From Eledone cirrhosa (taxonomy: Eukaryota): 64,000 nt of DNA. Location: the NCBI GenBank assembly GCA_964016885.1, contig OZ024749.1, positions 48,670,001 to 48,734,000 of the forward strand, read 5' to 3'. The first letter of the stretch is position 1, and each line of letters starts with the position of its first letter. The notes beneath the pieces were generated by a model, which worked only from the letters and a program-made list of their open reading frames with translations, was not told where the DNA came from and did no database searches. Below are positions 1-14,152 of this stretch, piece by piece. The translations under genes were made by a program, and so were the position numbers.

Positions 1-69
1 TCCTTATCGAGCCCTCTTTGGATTTTAGTCTTCAAATTTATTATTATTACTATATATATATATACACAT

Positions 70-101
<32 letters not shown>

Positions 102-1377
102 TATAATTATATATATATACACACGCACACACAAACATACGCACACATACACACGCATACACACTCACACACACACGCATACACACTCACACACACACAC
201 ACACACACACATAGATATACATATATATAATTATATATATATAATTAGAAAGTGAACAACACGAAATATAACTACTCCATTACCGAAGGTTTCTGGATCA
301 CAGCGGATAATAATATATGTCTGGATCGGGTAATAGGTAATATTTTGTGTTGTACACTATCTAATTAAATAGCTTTGTTCTATACATAGAGCACTCTTTT
401 TTTTCTTTGCTTTTCCTTTGGAATTACCTACCACATATATATACATTTATATATGAATTTATACATATATATATGTATTTATACACAGCCACATATATAT
501 AAATTTATATATAAATTTATATATATATATATATGTGTATATATATATATATGTATATATATATATTGTGTGTGTGGGGGGGGGGGGGGTCTGTATGTGT
601 GTCTGTGTGTATATACATTCAACAATTGGTCTATAAGTATAAGAAGTGAAGCACATTGTCATTTAGAACATGAAATAATATATTTAGTTACTGATAAAAT
701 ATATAACAAGCACAACATGGATGAGTTCAATTAAACAACGATAGCAACTTCAACACAGATAGCAACTGATAATTACAAAGAATAATGACAGTATCACAAA
801 TATCACGAACAAAAAGCAATACGTATTGAAACTGCAGTGTATTGAACATGATTAACACAACGATTCATAGAATATTAATGATTTATTTATAGATATAACA
901 TACACCAAGGATGTAATTTTATATCCACTGTCACTTTAATGATCTAATTTCAGCTTAGGATGATGACATCGCAATGAAATATGTCGATCATCAATCATTG
1001 TGGCCGAAGGAATTGAAGGGTATGTTTGCGTTGGTATATAAGCACGAGGGAATATTGAAATTAATGATTTTAAGTGTCTTCTGGAATATGAAGTGTGACC
1101 TATCTCACATAACACCTTATGATGATCTTTAGCTATCTAGTTTTATAGTCAAAAGTCCATACGTCAATGGTGATTTCTTGATATTATAATTAGAGCGTCA
1201 TATGAGAAGTCCTTCCCTATATAGTATAGTTATTTACAGTGTGCGGCTTATAAATATAGTGTATCGTTTGAGACTAGGCTCTCAAAATTAGCAGATGCTC
1301 TAAAAGTAACCAAACGAACCATTGCGTACTCATATATAAGGATACAAGCAACTGTTATCTTACTTTCTATAAATGAT

Positions 1378-1510
1378 AATTGTTTCTACTTTTCGCACAA
1401 GACCAGCAATTACCCCAGTGCATTACTGGTGCTTTATTTTATCGACCCCGTAAGGAGGAGATGCACAGTTAAACTCGGCGGGATGACCCTCTACCGATAT
1501 GGCCAATCCA
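1378..1510 (-). mobile_element. SINE family A, internally deleted
   Basis: Reverse complement matches the head, centre and tail of the family; B-box region missing. Confidence 0.8.
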
Positions 1511-1795
1511 AATAATAATGGCTAAATGACAATGCCTAAAACAACCACATTCCTTGTATGAACCGAAGTAGTGATTTGGGGAAATGTTTTAGGATCATAG
1601 GTTGACGGACGTATATATCCTAACAGGTCTTAAATTGTGAACATAATCCGTTTGTTAGCCGCATCCTTCACAATGTAAACACATTTGAAGAATGGACGTG
1701 GTTTACTTTTCTGTTTGTTGCACACTGTGCTACGAAGGCGAACACTCCTTTCTCTTTTAAAATGACTAAACAAACTAACCCAGCAAACAAGCCTG

Positions 1796-1954
1796 TCTTC
1801 TTCTTCTTCTTCTTCTTCTTCTTCTTCTTCTTCTTCTTCTTCTTCTTCTTCTTCTTCTTCTTCTTCTTCTTCTTCTTCTTCTTCTTCTTCTTCTTCTTCT
1901 TCTTCTTCTTCTTCTTCTTCTTCTTCTTCTTCTTCTTCTTCTTCTTCTTCTTCT
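1796..1954. repeat. (TTC)n microsatellite
   Basis: Pure run of about 53 units. Confidence 0.98.
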
Positions 1955-2045
1955 TTCTACTTCTTAGGTTTTTTTTCCTCACATTCCTTGGAGAGTCAGT
2001 TCCTGCCAGAAGCCACAATCCGGAGACCTCGAAGCCTAACCTCAT
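1955..2045 (-). mobile_element. Retroelement 3' end with (GAA)n tail; second copy at 3421-3474
   Basis: taggttttttttcctca.attccttggagagtcagttcctgccagaagccacaatc follows (TTC)n in both places. Confidence 0.65.
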
Positions 2046-2214
2046 AAATCCTTATAACATGCCTATTGAAGGAGATATTGGTAAATGTTGTATATAGCAC
2101 TAAACAAATATGAGACTCCAGAATAAATATATTTTATAAAACAAACATTAACTATATGTATGACAAAATGAGTTCACATGTAAGAGGGTATACTATTTAT
2201 ATAAACCGATGAAT

Positions 2215-2354
2215 TATAGACGGATGCTTCTGACAGGAGCCGTTGGAAGGCCTGTCGAAACGACTTGCGCTCTGCCGTCGGGGTCGTAGTTTTTCCTATT
2301 TCCCACTCTACTGGTGCGTTATGGTCCATCTGGTTCGTTACTACAATTCCTTTG

Positions 2355-2356
<2 letters not shown>
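2215..2356. mobile_element. Second copy of the 17.5-kb TA-embedded repeat family
   Basis: gctctgccgtcggggtcgtagtttttcctatt..ctggtgcgttatggtccatctggttc, adjacent to (TA)n. Confidence 0.75.
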
Positions 2357-2421
<65 letters not shown>

Positions 2422-3391
2422 TATATACATATTTATATGTATATATATATATTATATATACCTGCATTGATTTTATTAGTATTTAGTGTATTCTACTGCG
2501 CTCAATTACAGATTCTCTTTCATACCTAAAATGAGAATTTAGTTATTTGGGTTCCAGAAAAATTTTCGATCATATTACAATGGCACTGACCATAAAATAC
2601 AATTTTGGAAAATAGTTACTGCGTGTGGATAATGTTTCCCTTTTTATCCATTCAAATATTTATGGAAGGCAATCGAAGTCACTATATTTTTAGAACTTCA
2701 CCAAAAACCTAAACTATTTTTGCTAATGTGTTTTGAAAAAAGTATTCTTGGCTGATTTGAATAATTTTCATCTTTATAGAAACTATTGGCTTAAAATTAT
2801 TGTTAACTCGTTGGAAAAACTTTGAAGAGCTTGCATTTATTTAATGAAGAACATAAAATTTGGAGTTGTAGCTAAAATGTATACTCTTTCAACTCACCGT
2901 TAGCCGAAAATAATTCTATGTCCACTGATTACATATAGGTTCATTTGAAGTGTTAGAAGTTCTAAAGACAAAAAACGTTTAAGTCTAAGTAGATATTTGG
3001 CATTAAACCAATTTTTATCTAGCATAGCGGCAAATATCAGAGAAATATTAAATCGATTTTCAATGTTTTCCATGTAGATGGAAGAACATAGTTTTAGCCT
3101 ATCACTCGTTGTGATGATGTAGCATTTGCCAGTAATACATCATTGACTGAGGATTTAGTAAGTATAAGATTGTTTACTACATTCGTATTTCGCATGGACA
3201 TATTTTTTCCTTGATAACTCCGTAATTTCGGATTCAATTCCTTTGCGTCAACGAATCTGAGTTATTAAACCTATTGAAAGCTCTTCGATAATATGATGCT
3301 AGCCGTTTTCTTAAATATATTAAAAGCTAAATGGTTTACTTGAAAATGAAAATAAAATAGAAAATAGAAAAGCATTCTTCTTCTTCTTCTT

Positions 3392-3422
<31 letters not shown>

Positions 3423-3489
3423 GGTTTTTTTCCTCATATTCCTTGGAGAGTCAGTTCCTGCCAGAAGCCACAATCTCCAATTGATCCAG

Positions 3490-3700
3490 CTCGATCATCA
3501 AACGAGTCCAACAGAAGTCATGAAAGTTATCCAACCATCTTGCACAAGTTCATCCTCTGTTTACTAGTCGTGTTAGCCATACAATGAAATATGAATAAAT
3601 AGATGAATATTTGAATGCTCCTTTCATGATCAGATCACATATATTTTTACCAAACAATATATTGTACAATGTGATCTTCCAATATATAAAATGGCTTGGT
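3490..3700 (-). mobile_element. Very old RTE-like 3' remnant
   Basis: Minus-strand reading RG*TCARWLDN resembles the RGRP..RW.D motif. Confidence 0.3.
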
Positions 3701-5026
3701 GACATGAAGGATGAGTTTTCATTGTTTATAGTAATGTCATATTCTGAATCATCTGTAGTATGATAGGCATTGCACGATCCGATTAAAACAATAGTAATAA
3801 TCTTAATTCATTACTGATGATATTTGCCTCTACTAACAAACAAGAGGTTTGAATCTAAACAATAAGGCATTTAGAGTAAATCTTCAAAATGTTTCTAAGT
3901 ACATTAAATTGTTTTTATATTTCCTTGGATATATTTCTGCGTTTTTAAAGCGAAGTTATGAATAAAATGGTTCGATCTCTGAATATCTCCGTGTGTTGAC
4001 TTTCAAACACAAGCAATACAATTGTAACCATCTGTTAATATATTCTTCACTTCCTTAAATACAACAGCGTGATAATAGATGGGTGTTTGCTTCATATTTC
4101 TAACATGTCGAGAGACTATATCGACATATTCTTGTAAAATCATCGTTGGTCAAGATGTGTTCATTATCTCATGACTTCTAATCTTTTGAAGGATGTAGTA
4201 AAGTTGAATATTTGAGAGAAGAATATATTATTAATTGAGGAAAGTTTAACATAACTTGCTGTTATTATTATTATTATTATGGCACCTACATGGCGGCCCT
4301 TGTGTCTAATAAATGAAATCATTATTATTTTTTTTTTTTACTTGGTTTTATGTAACCTTAAACATCCTTTAGAAATCATCTTAGTAAAACATTACTGACT
4401 GGAAATAAAATTAATTTCTATATTGTTACATCACTCTTTTCTGTGGCAATCTCCTGTATTAGTTAAAGCAAGTGTAAAGGTAGTGTTCTAAGATATCTTG
4501 TTTTTGTATTATATTATTTTCAATTTCTTATAATTATGAATTCAAATTTGTTTTATTTCAGAATTATTTTAATTTATCGTGCTTTCAATTTCTCACTTTT
4601 CCCCTAGAATCTCTCGCAGAGAATTAATTAAAATGATGAAATTTGAATATATCAAATAGAATGAGGTCGATTTTCAATTTTCCATTAACGGCAACAATAA
4701 ATAGATTTTTCCAACCATTTTAGAAATCGATATCTACTTCTGGTGAGCATAATATTTATCCATTCGAACCGACTGTAATTATTCCTGAAACCGCCAAGAC
4801 ATACTAAATAGTCTGTGTAAGTTTACAATGCATCCTGATATAAAATGCAACTATTATATACCAGACCTATTCATTACGTACAAGGAAGTTGTTTACACAA
4901 GATTATATGAGATTGTATGGCAAAAACAAAAATAAAAAAATATTTCAAATTGTGTATATTATATAGATACAGATAAAATATTTGTCGGCATCTATTTTCT
5001 GTATATATATATGTATATATATACAG

Positions 5027-5071
<45 letters not shown>

Positions 5072-5135
5072 GATATTAAATAAATGGAAACTATATTTAT
5101 AAAACCATATTTATTTCATTATATATATTTCAGGG
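5072..5135 (-). mobile_element. Fragment of the 53.4-kb pLTR family (3' half of the hammerhead)
   Basis: Reverse complement CCTGAAATATATATAATGAAATAAATATGGTTTTATAAATATAGTTTCCATTTATTTAATATC matches 53407-53469. Confidence 0.75.
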
Positions 5136-5159
5136 ATATCATATTAAAAATATGTTATG

Positions 5160-5376
5160 CCTTCAACGATCGACTTTCGTTAAATCGGACCGAGGAAACA
5201 GTGTTTCCATTGGTCTTTCCAATTGCTAATAGTATCTATCGGTCGCAATGTAGGAGGAGCAACGTGAAATAAAGTATCTTGCTCAAGGACATAACGCATC
5301 GTCCGGTGCAGGAATCGAACTCAAAACCTCACGATTGCGAATACAGTTATCTAACCACTCAGCCACACGCCTTCAC
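5160..5376 (-). mobile_element. tRNA-derived SINE family B
   Basis: Reverse complement ggcgtgtggctgagtggttag..gagttcgattcc..gtccttgagcaagatactttatttcacgttgctcc (A and B boxes plus a CORE-like block). Confidence 0.8.
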
Positions 5377-5719
5377 TATATATATATATTTCAGGTCAGG
5401 CTTCTACTTGCTTCTGGAAGCATGTAGCCCCGTACAACCTGATTCATAGCCAAGTAGTCGGCGAATAAATTGGCTCCCCCAATAGACACAGATCAGGGAA
5501 GGAGAGTACGTGGGACGCAATAAGCACAAACAATATGTTAAAGGGCGGATGTACTTCACAGAGCCAACGGCCAATTATAGGTCAAATAACTTCACGAAGC
5601 TGCACTGCAATTGGTCAATCGTTGAGAATAAGGCTATGTCCCTACTCGAAACCAAAAGTATGTGTATGTCAAGCTAGATACGAGTTTCTCCAACAGTAGT
5701 TAGAAGGCCCTGGATTGCA

Positions 5720-5996
5720 TCAGATTGGATATATATGGTATGTGTTCCCATCAAAATTGTTAAACTCCTTCGCTCACGAATACTAATTTCCCCTCTGTAC
5801 GATACAGATACTGTGAAGGGTAAAGCGAAGGCTGATACAACTTGGCACCAGTGACGTCTGAACTTATAGCTATGTAAACAGGGGCAACGTGAAAATAAAG
5901 TGTTTTGCTCAAGAACATAAATCACAGCCCGATCAGGGAATCGAATTTACAATTCCATGATTGTAAATGCGACGCTCTAACGATTGAACCATGCGC
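5720..5996 (-). mobile_element. SINE family B
   Basis: gcaacgtgaaaataaagtgttttgctcaagaaca..ggaatcgaa. Confidence 0.75.
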
Positions 5997-6220
5997 ATTT
6001 TATATATATATATACACAGAGGTATCCACTGTAATTTCTCTTTGCTTTTGAAAACAGCTGGTGATATGCATGTAAGTAAATATTCTCTCTATCTGATAGT
6101 TTGTAAACTTACATAGATCAATAACTGAGTATAGATACAATGTATTATCACCATCTAGAAACGATCGTAAAGCAGTGAAGTATATCTCTAATGACTTGAT
6201 TTTTTATTTCATTGTTTTAA

Positions 6221-6282
<62 letters not shown>

Positions 6283-6851
6283 TACACACACTTGTACACA
6301 TGTATTCGACTAGAAAATATCCTTGCATTTGAGAATATATATGCCTGAAAGTTTGATCATCATAAAGAAAACGATAACAAATTACAATTGCAAAAAAGAA
6401 GCTTTCATACTGTGAATGATTGCAGAAATAACAAAGTTGAAATGTGCTTGTGCCTCTAAAGAAATTCAGTTAAGATGTGAATCTGATGTATAATATTTGT
6501 TTTAGTTTTGATTATTAATTTTATTAATAATCGATTTGAAATAGCGTAAATACGTATAATTTTGTTAATAAATGTAATCTTCACTTCTTTTGCGGTTTCA
6601 GTAATTAGATAATTACCTATATTCGTGTTTTGAGAGGAGATATTTGAAGAAATAACTTTGCATTTCGTGATACCGTTTCCTCTCACGAATCTACAGATAA
6701 GCTCTGAAACATTATACTGTCATATTCCGCTACAGTAGCAATTATATACATAGCGTTTAATACGTCGACGAACGTAGTTAATTAAGAAGCGGAAAATTGA
6801 CTGTAGGCTTATTAAAATCAAAGTCAACTTCTCAATTAATATCTACATATG

Positions 6852-6926
<75 letters not shown>

Positions 6927-7231
6927 ATGTATACACACGCATACACACACACATATATATATATATAATGTCATAGTTCTGTCAGGAGAATTCTGTAAAC
7001 ATGACATCATGGAACAATTCTGAACATAAATTATTAAAGATTTCTCGATTAACTTTAATGTTTAAGAAACTATCAAATTATCGATCAAAATATCCTCAAA
7101 GACAATGTGAATTAAATCAAATAAAACAAAATATTTAACAACTGATGCAGTATATCTCTATCTCCTTGACTTCCTCTCTCATCACTCTTTCTCTCTTTTT
7201 CTCTATGCCCATTTCTCTCTCTCTCCCCCCC

Positions 7232-7299
<68 letters not shown>

Positions 7300-7763
7300 C
7301 TCTCTGTCTCTAACCCTGTACACTCACACAAACACACACGCACATATATATATATATATATTTACATACATATTAGCAAGTGAAAGTGCTAAATCATGAA
7401 CTGCTGTAAATATTTATATAATTTCGTTTAAACTATATAAGCTATGTCTTTCTTCACCACGATTGTGATCGAATAACAGGATGTATGCATACGATAATAC
7501 CTCAATTCAATAAGAGAAAGTTTAACATTGTCATTAACGCTTCAAGTAATAAATGTTCGGATCGGAATGTCTTAATCTTAACGTCAATTGTTTCCGCTAT
7601 TTAGCGTAAACTTTGAAAATTACACTGAATAACGTAATCAAAGACACACACATTCACATACACAGAAACCCGTAGAAATACAGACATTGCGAAACATATA
7701 CACATATACAAATATATATATATATATATATTAGAAATTGAACCACACACGCACACACACACA

Positions 7764-7808
<45 letters not shown>

Positions 7809-7821
7809 GGGTTTGTGTATG

Positions 7822-7886
<65 letters not shown>

Positions 7887-10585
7887 TATATATTTGAAAG
7901 TGTGTATCCGTGTATGTGTGAGGGGGAGTTTCTGCAAGTATGTAGGAATCTTTCAAGTTAAATACATACAAATATTTTTAGTTGGATTATGAACTGTCTG
8001 CGTTATATAAGAGGATTACTATTATAGCATTGACATTTATTTTGTTAAGTAATATTTAAAAGTAAGATTTATAAAATATTAAAGACTATACAAAATGGAA
8101 GCATCTCTTAACATTTAATCGCTCGCATTTTACTAGTTCACTGTATATTAAGTTTGTCATTGGTAATGTATGTTTGTTGGACATAGCATGGACAAGTAGT
8201 AAAGAATTGTGTTTGCTTTCATAAATAACGTGGTTCAATCACACGATTATATTTCTTCGCCAAGTATATTTCACCTTAGACTTTGATAAATGCAAGCTTT
8301 GTTAGTTAAATTTTGTAGAAGTCAGCTATCGGTTTATAACTATTATGGATTACATTCCCATCTTGTTACATGTAGACGTAAGCTGATTCGGATTGGGAAT
8401 TACATTAAATATAGACACGTCTGTACAATAATCAACCAGACACCCATTAATTCCCGAATGGGATGTTCAAATGCTCGATCAACGGAATGCATATATTTGA
8501 AACCGACCGCGGACGCATCATGTAAATGCAGATCATCCATTGTGTCGAACAAAATGCATCTGGCTTTTGTATTATTGATTATTCATCCAAATCTTTAGAG
8601 CTTATAAGAAATAGCCGAAATTTGAGAGCGTCTGACCTAATACAACAGCGACTCCCTCTTTTTTGAGATCAAATCCTACCGAGGACAAACATATCTTTCA
8701 TCCTTCCATTGTTGATATATAAATTAGTAATGTATTGTATATATTAATTTTGACTATGGCATGATGGAATGATTAAGAGTTCGATTTTCAATATTTCGGC
8801 CATTAGTTCAATTGGACTGCTATTCATCTTGGCTACATATAATAAACCATACCTGAAGGTCGACTCATGTCTTGTGAGTATCTTTGGGTATATGGAAAAA
8901 ATCATCAGCCAGTCAGAGGGCTCGTACCATGTAACACATCGTGTCATGCTGGATTATCCTGCACAAATATATTAAGGCTAAACGTCTGTCTTGAATTGTC
9001 AACCACTGATATGTTAATACAGAAATCCATGAGTAGCTGAACAATGATGTCGCCTTACATCCCTCATCATTAAATCTCTCACCAACTAGATTACCGATGC
9101 AATTATAGATCTTCGTTTTAACGTTCATTTAAAAATATTGTATTCATATTCATTTCTAGCGAGACCCTTTACCAAGTAGCCCTGGCATTTCTAAATATTT
9201 GAAAGTAAAATGTTATGCACATGAATATTCTGCAAGAACAAAAATCTTGCTCTTGAATGAGAAACAAAAGCAAAGGTTCAAACTAACTTTTCCGTTGCAT
9301 GTACCTTGTTATAAGCCTTCGGATCTTTGCAAAACTTTTGATCTTCGAAGTAGTTACCTTGAACTTTAAAGAGGATGAAAGCGTTACTCTTTCTTATCTT
9401 TCGATGCAATACAGAAATATATAAAAATATTTTTTTAGAAGCCTGGTGTATGTATTTCATAAGTCAATTTTAAACAAAAGATTCATACTTGTGAATTCGT
9501 ATTTCAGATAGTGTACAAGCACATGGGGGCCGTAGTACTTAAGGAAATATATAACAGATAGCTCTAGCAGAGAGAACGACGACTTGGAAGCCATTTCATT
9601 TTGTAACCCTCAGTAGTAAATATATTTAGTTGACACTGCATGCTATTGTAGACTAGCTTAATATACAAAGGCAGCCATGTCTTTCAAGCTATTAATGCGT
9701 TACAAAATAGAGTTTATTGTCGACAAAATGGATCAATGTGATTCGGAATATAATTTGATTTTAGGCTTACATTAAACACGATAATGATACAAAGATATGG
9801 TTTCTATTAGATATTCCACACATCAAATAACTTATAAAACTATATGGTTGACACGTTTCTGACTAAGTATGTAACGTCAGTAATATTGTAGTATAAGCTC
9901 TATACATCCATATAAAATAGAAAGACTTCAGCATATGAAGAATTTTCAAATATATCATAGCAATTTCCAGGAAATAAGTCAGCATGAATATCTTAGGTCA
10001 AGCCAATATATATATTCATATAAGCAAGCATGGTGTCGCCACATATTATTATTGTCCAAAATAATATTCTTCCCAATTCGAAAACTTACTAATTGAAAGT
10101 AGGTATGACCAATATTCAGAAAACTAAAATATATATTATACACATAAAACGTTCATATAATCCCACAGACGATCACACGCATACACACACAGACACAAAC
10201 GAATACAGAGACTCTCACACATACACACAACCATATATATATATAACATTTTTCCTGAGTTCAGTTTTTTTCGTCGCTATGTTCTCTGCAGCCCGTCTAT
10301 CGGTCGCTGTATTTGATTTGCAAAGCTGTCTAAACGTAATGTTATAACTGTGGGCTAATATTCTCCAGTGAGTGCTTAGCTGCACACCGAAATTGCATTC
10401 GTTTGCTTGACCAAAAGCTTCGTTGATGCTGTACTAAAATGTGTGTATATATATATATAGAGAGAGAGAGAGAGAAAGCGAGAGAGACGGGGGGGGGGGG
10501 GGTAATATATATGTGTGTGTTAGATGAAGATATGTATACGTGTTGGTGATTATATATATATATATATATATACATATATATATAC

Positions 10586-10667
<82 letters not shown>

Positions 10668-11211
10668 TAGATATTTTCTAAATATATAATGATGGTTCTG
10701 ATTCTTATATTGGCAAGTTACCAACATCTTTAGCAATTGCTGTTTTGTCGACTAATTCTAGCTTGTAGTACGAGTATATAATTAGTAAGTATTTACGTCG
10801 AGGCGATGATGATGAAAACGAAATGCCAACCTCAGCGTTGTTTCTATATTAGAAATTAGACTCTTTGGTAAATTTCTACAAACTTTTGTATCAGACCGGA
10901 ACAATATAGAAGCCTGCTTAATTCACCTTTTATTCGTGTACATGATAATTCCCTAGTTGTTTTGACGCAACAAGAACTAGAATTATTAGAGCCAACCTCG
11001 CAAGTAAGCTTCCATATATCCCAAGAAAATGTGTTTCTTTCCTTTAACTTTTAATTAGTTATTCAAATCCTGTACTCTAGAGTTTACAATGAGTTATCTC
11101 CCCTGGCGAGATTCTACTTGGTCAATATTTAGAGTAAAATATTCAACGTATAACTCCGCATATTAAACGATTAGATTGCATTTTCTCTGTCACACCCCAC
11201 CTCCTGTATTT

Positions 11212-11268
<57 letters not shown>

Positions 11269-11678
11269 GTCATACACACATATGGGTAAATGCATAACGC
11301 ATACACTTGTGTACACACGCACATATACATTCATTTTGCTATAAACACAATGCAAATATATATTTTATACGGTTGGCATTTAGTGAAGATAACAACAAAT
11401 AAAAATCACCTGCTTACACGGTGTACCGAAATGATTCAGTGTGTTATCAAACACAACAATTAGTAACTTCCCTTTGACATTTCAAAATTATTCTTGAAGT
11501 ACATCTATTTCGACGGCTGTACGTATTAATTCCTTCGTTATTATAGTATCAGGTTTCATTCCTACTCGCATTGCCCGTGAAAATAATTCTATTTATCTAT
11601 CCGTCTGCCCCTCGCCCACCTCTCTATTGACTCTATCTCTCCCTTCACGAATTCTCTCTCCAACCATCTCTCTCATAA

Positions 11679-12111
<433 letters not shown>

Positions 12112-12239
12112 AGCAGGTTTAGGTGTAACTTGTTACAGTCGATTTGCCGGTTTAAGCACTCGATAATGTTACTTGTGTCCGAACGGGTGAGGTTTATATA
12201 TATTTTTGCTCCAGGGCCAACCCGGCGTGCATAGTGAAA

Positions 12240-12291
<52 letters not shown>

Positions 12292-13528
12292 GCACGCACA
12301 TACACACATACACCCACAACGACACACAAGTTGGTAGAGTCCTCAATCCAAAGGACGAGTTCAGTATGTGCGCGCTTATGCCCCTACCCTATTCGTCTAG
12401 GATATTCTGTGATATTATATATATATGCAAGAGATGTCAACATATATATATGTATATATATATATATATATATGTGTGTGAGTGCATGTGTATATGCGTG
12501 TGTGTGTGTATATATGTGTGTGCGTGTGTGCGTGTATGTGTATGTGTGTGTCTGCGAGTGTGTAAGTGTGTGAGTGTTGATGGGGGTGCGCGTATGTATA
12601 TAATGTATATATGGGGTTTATTATGGTTATGGTTGACTGTGCGTGCGCCTACTTATGTGTGTAGGCTGGGTGATGGGCCCCATATGTTAATGAATTCAGA
12701 ATCACAGAAAACAGGATATTCGACACTTCAACAACATAAAGACTATATGGTTTACACGTATATCACAAAACTGTAATCATTTTACCATCCCAAAATACTC
12801 TTCCTCCTAAAAGCACTAAGCTTCACAGTCACCTAAAAAAATGTTAGGCCACCCACACCTATATGGCAAAAGAAAAGGAAGTAGAAATACGTGTAGACAC
12901 GTACGTACGTATAATTATGTGGTTTCTCTACCCTGTGTTAACGTGCTTGTGTGTATATATATGTGCGTATGTGTCTGAGTGCGCGTGTGTGAAATAAAGC
13001 AATATCGGTTTCAACACGGGATTTCACATGAACAAAATTGCGAAACAAATACATGAACGTATATATTATATATATATTCAATTAAATACTTATTGATTGA
13101 GGAAGATCTTTCAAGTCTCATAATCGTTAATAACATTCTGTAAGCTTACCAGCTTGTCCCATTGAAGCGACCTCTGTTAACTTTGAAAGAGTTATTCTCT
13201 ACTAAGAAACATGAAATCTCTTCTTTAATGTCTCAACGAGTATTCGTTTATTTTTACTACAGTTAGTACCCTACTACCACAAACACGTTCGTTTCAGATA
13301 AACAATGAATGTAATTATATAATATGTATATGTATATTTACGCGTGCATATTAGTTGGCTCAATAGAGATATTTGGTAATAAATATAAGTTTTGTCAATA
13401 TACATTTAGGTTTATAATGGGGTTTTTTTCTTACATCTAATATATTCGTCCTTCCTCGTGAATTATATACTGATATATATGTATACATATATACATATAT
13501 ATATATATACACACATATATATAAATAT

Positions 13529-13592
<64 letters not shown>

Positions 13593-14040
13593 TCGTACAT
13601 ATATATATATATATTGGGGTGGTGTTATTTGTTATCGTGTGTGCAAAAAGGCAGTGAGTCTTAGAGGGAAGTAGAAAATAAAGTTAGAGGGAATCGAGAG
13701 ACTTTGAAAGAGTGTGAACGCAAATGCCGTTAATGAAGACAGATGTACAAAGGTATTTAATCGTGTAATATTTTCAATAAAGATGTTACATGAAAATATA
13801 CCTTATGGTAGCAAGGGTATATATTCAGACGAATGAATACTCGATAGTAACGTATTTAAATCTATCATAGTATTCTTCTCGTGGAAAGACGTATGAGGCG
13901 TTAAAAAGCGTCTATAAATATCCGAGTCTCAAACAATATTTGATGCACGATTTATTCATCTAAGCATATTTCCCAATTTGAATAGTTGCAAAAGTTATCC
14001 TTGTAATATATATACATATATATATATTTATATATATATT

Positions 14041-14152
<112 letters not shown>

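Noticed and set aside
1668-2097. Poly-Lys and poly-Phe ORFs
   Set aside because: Produced by the (TTC)n repeat
2520-3300. Possible ancient CR1-like RT remnant
   Set aside because: Only faint motif echoes; cannot be supported without an HMM search
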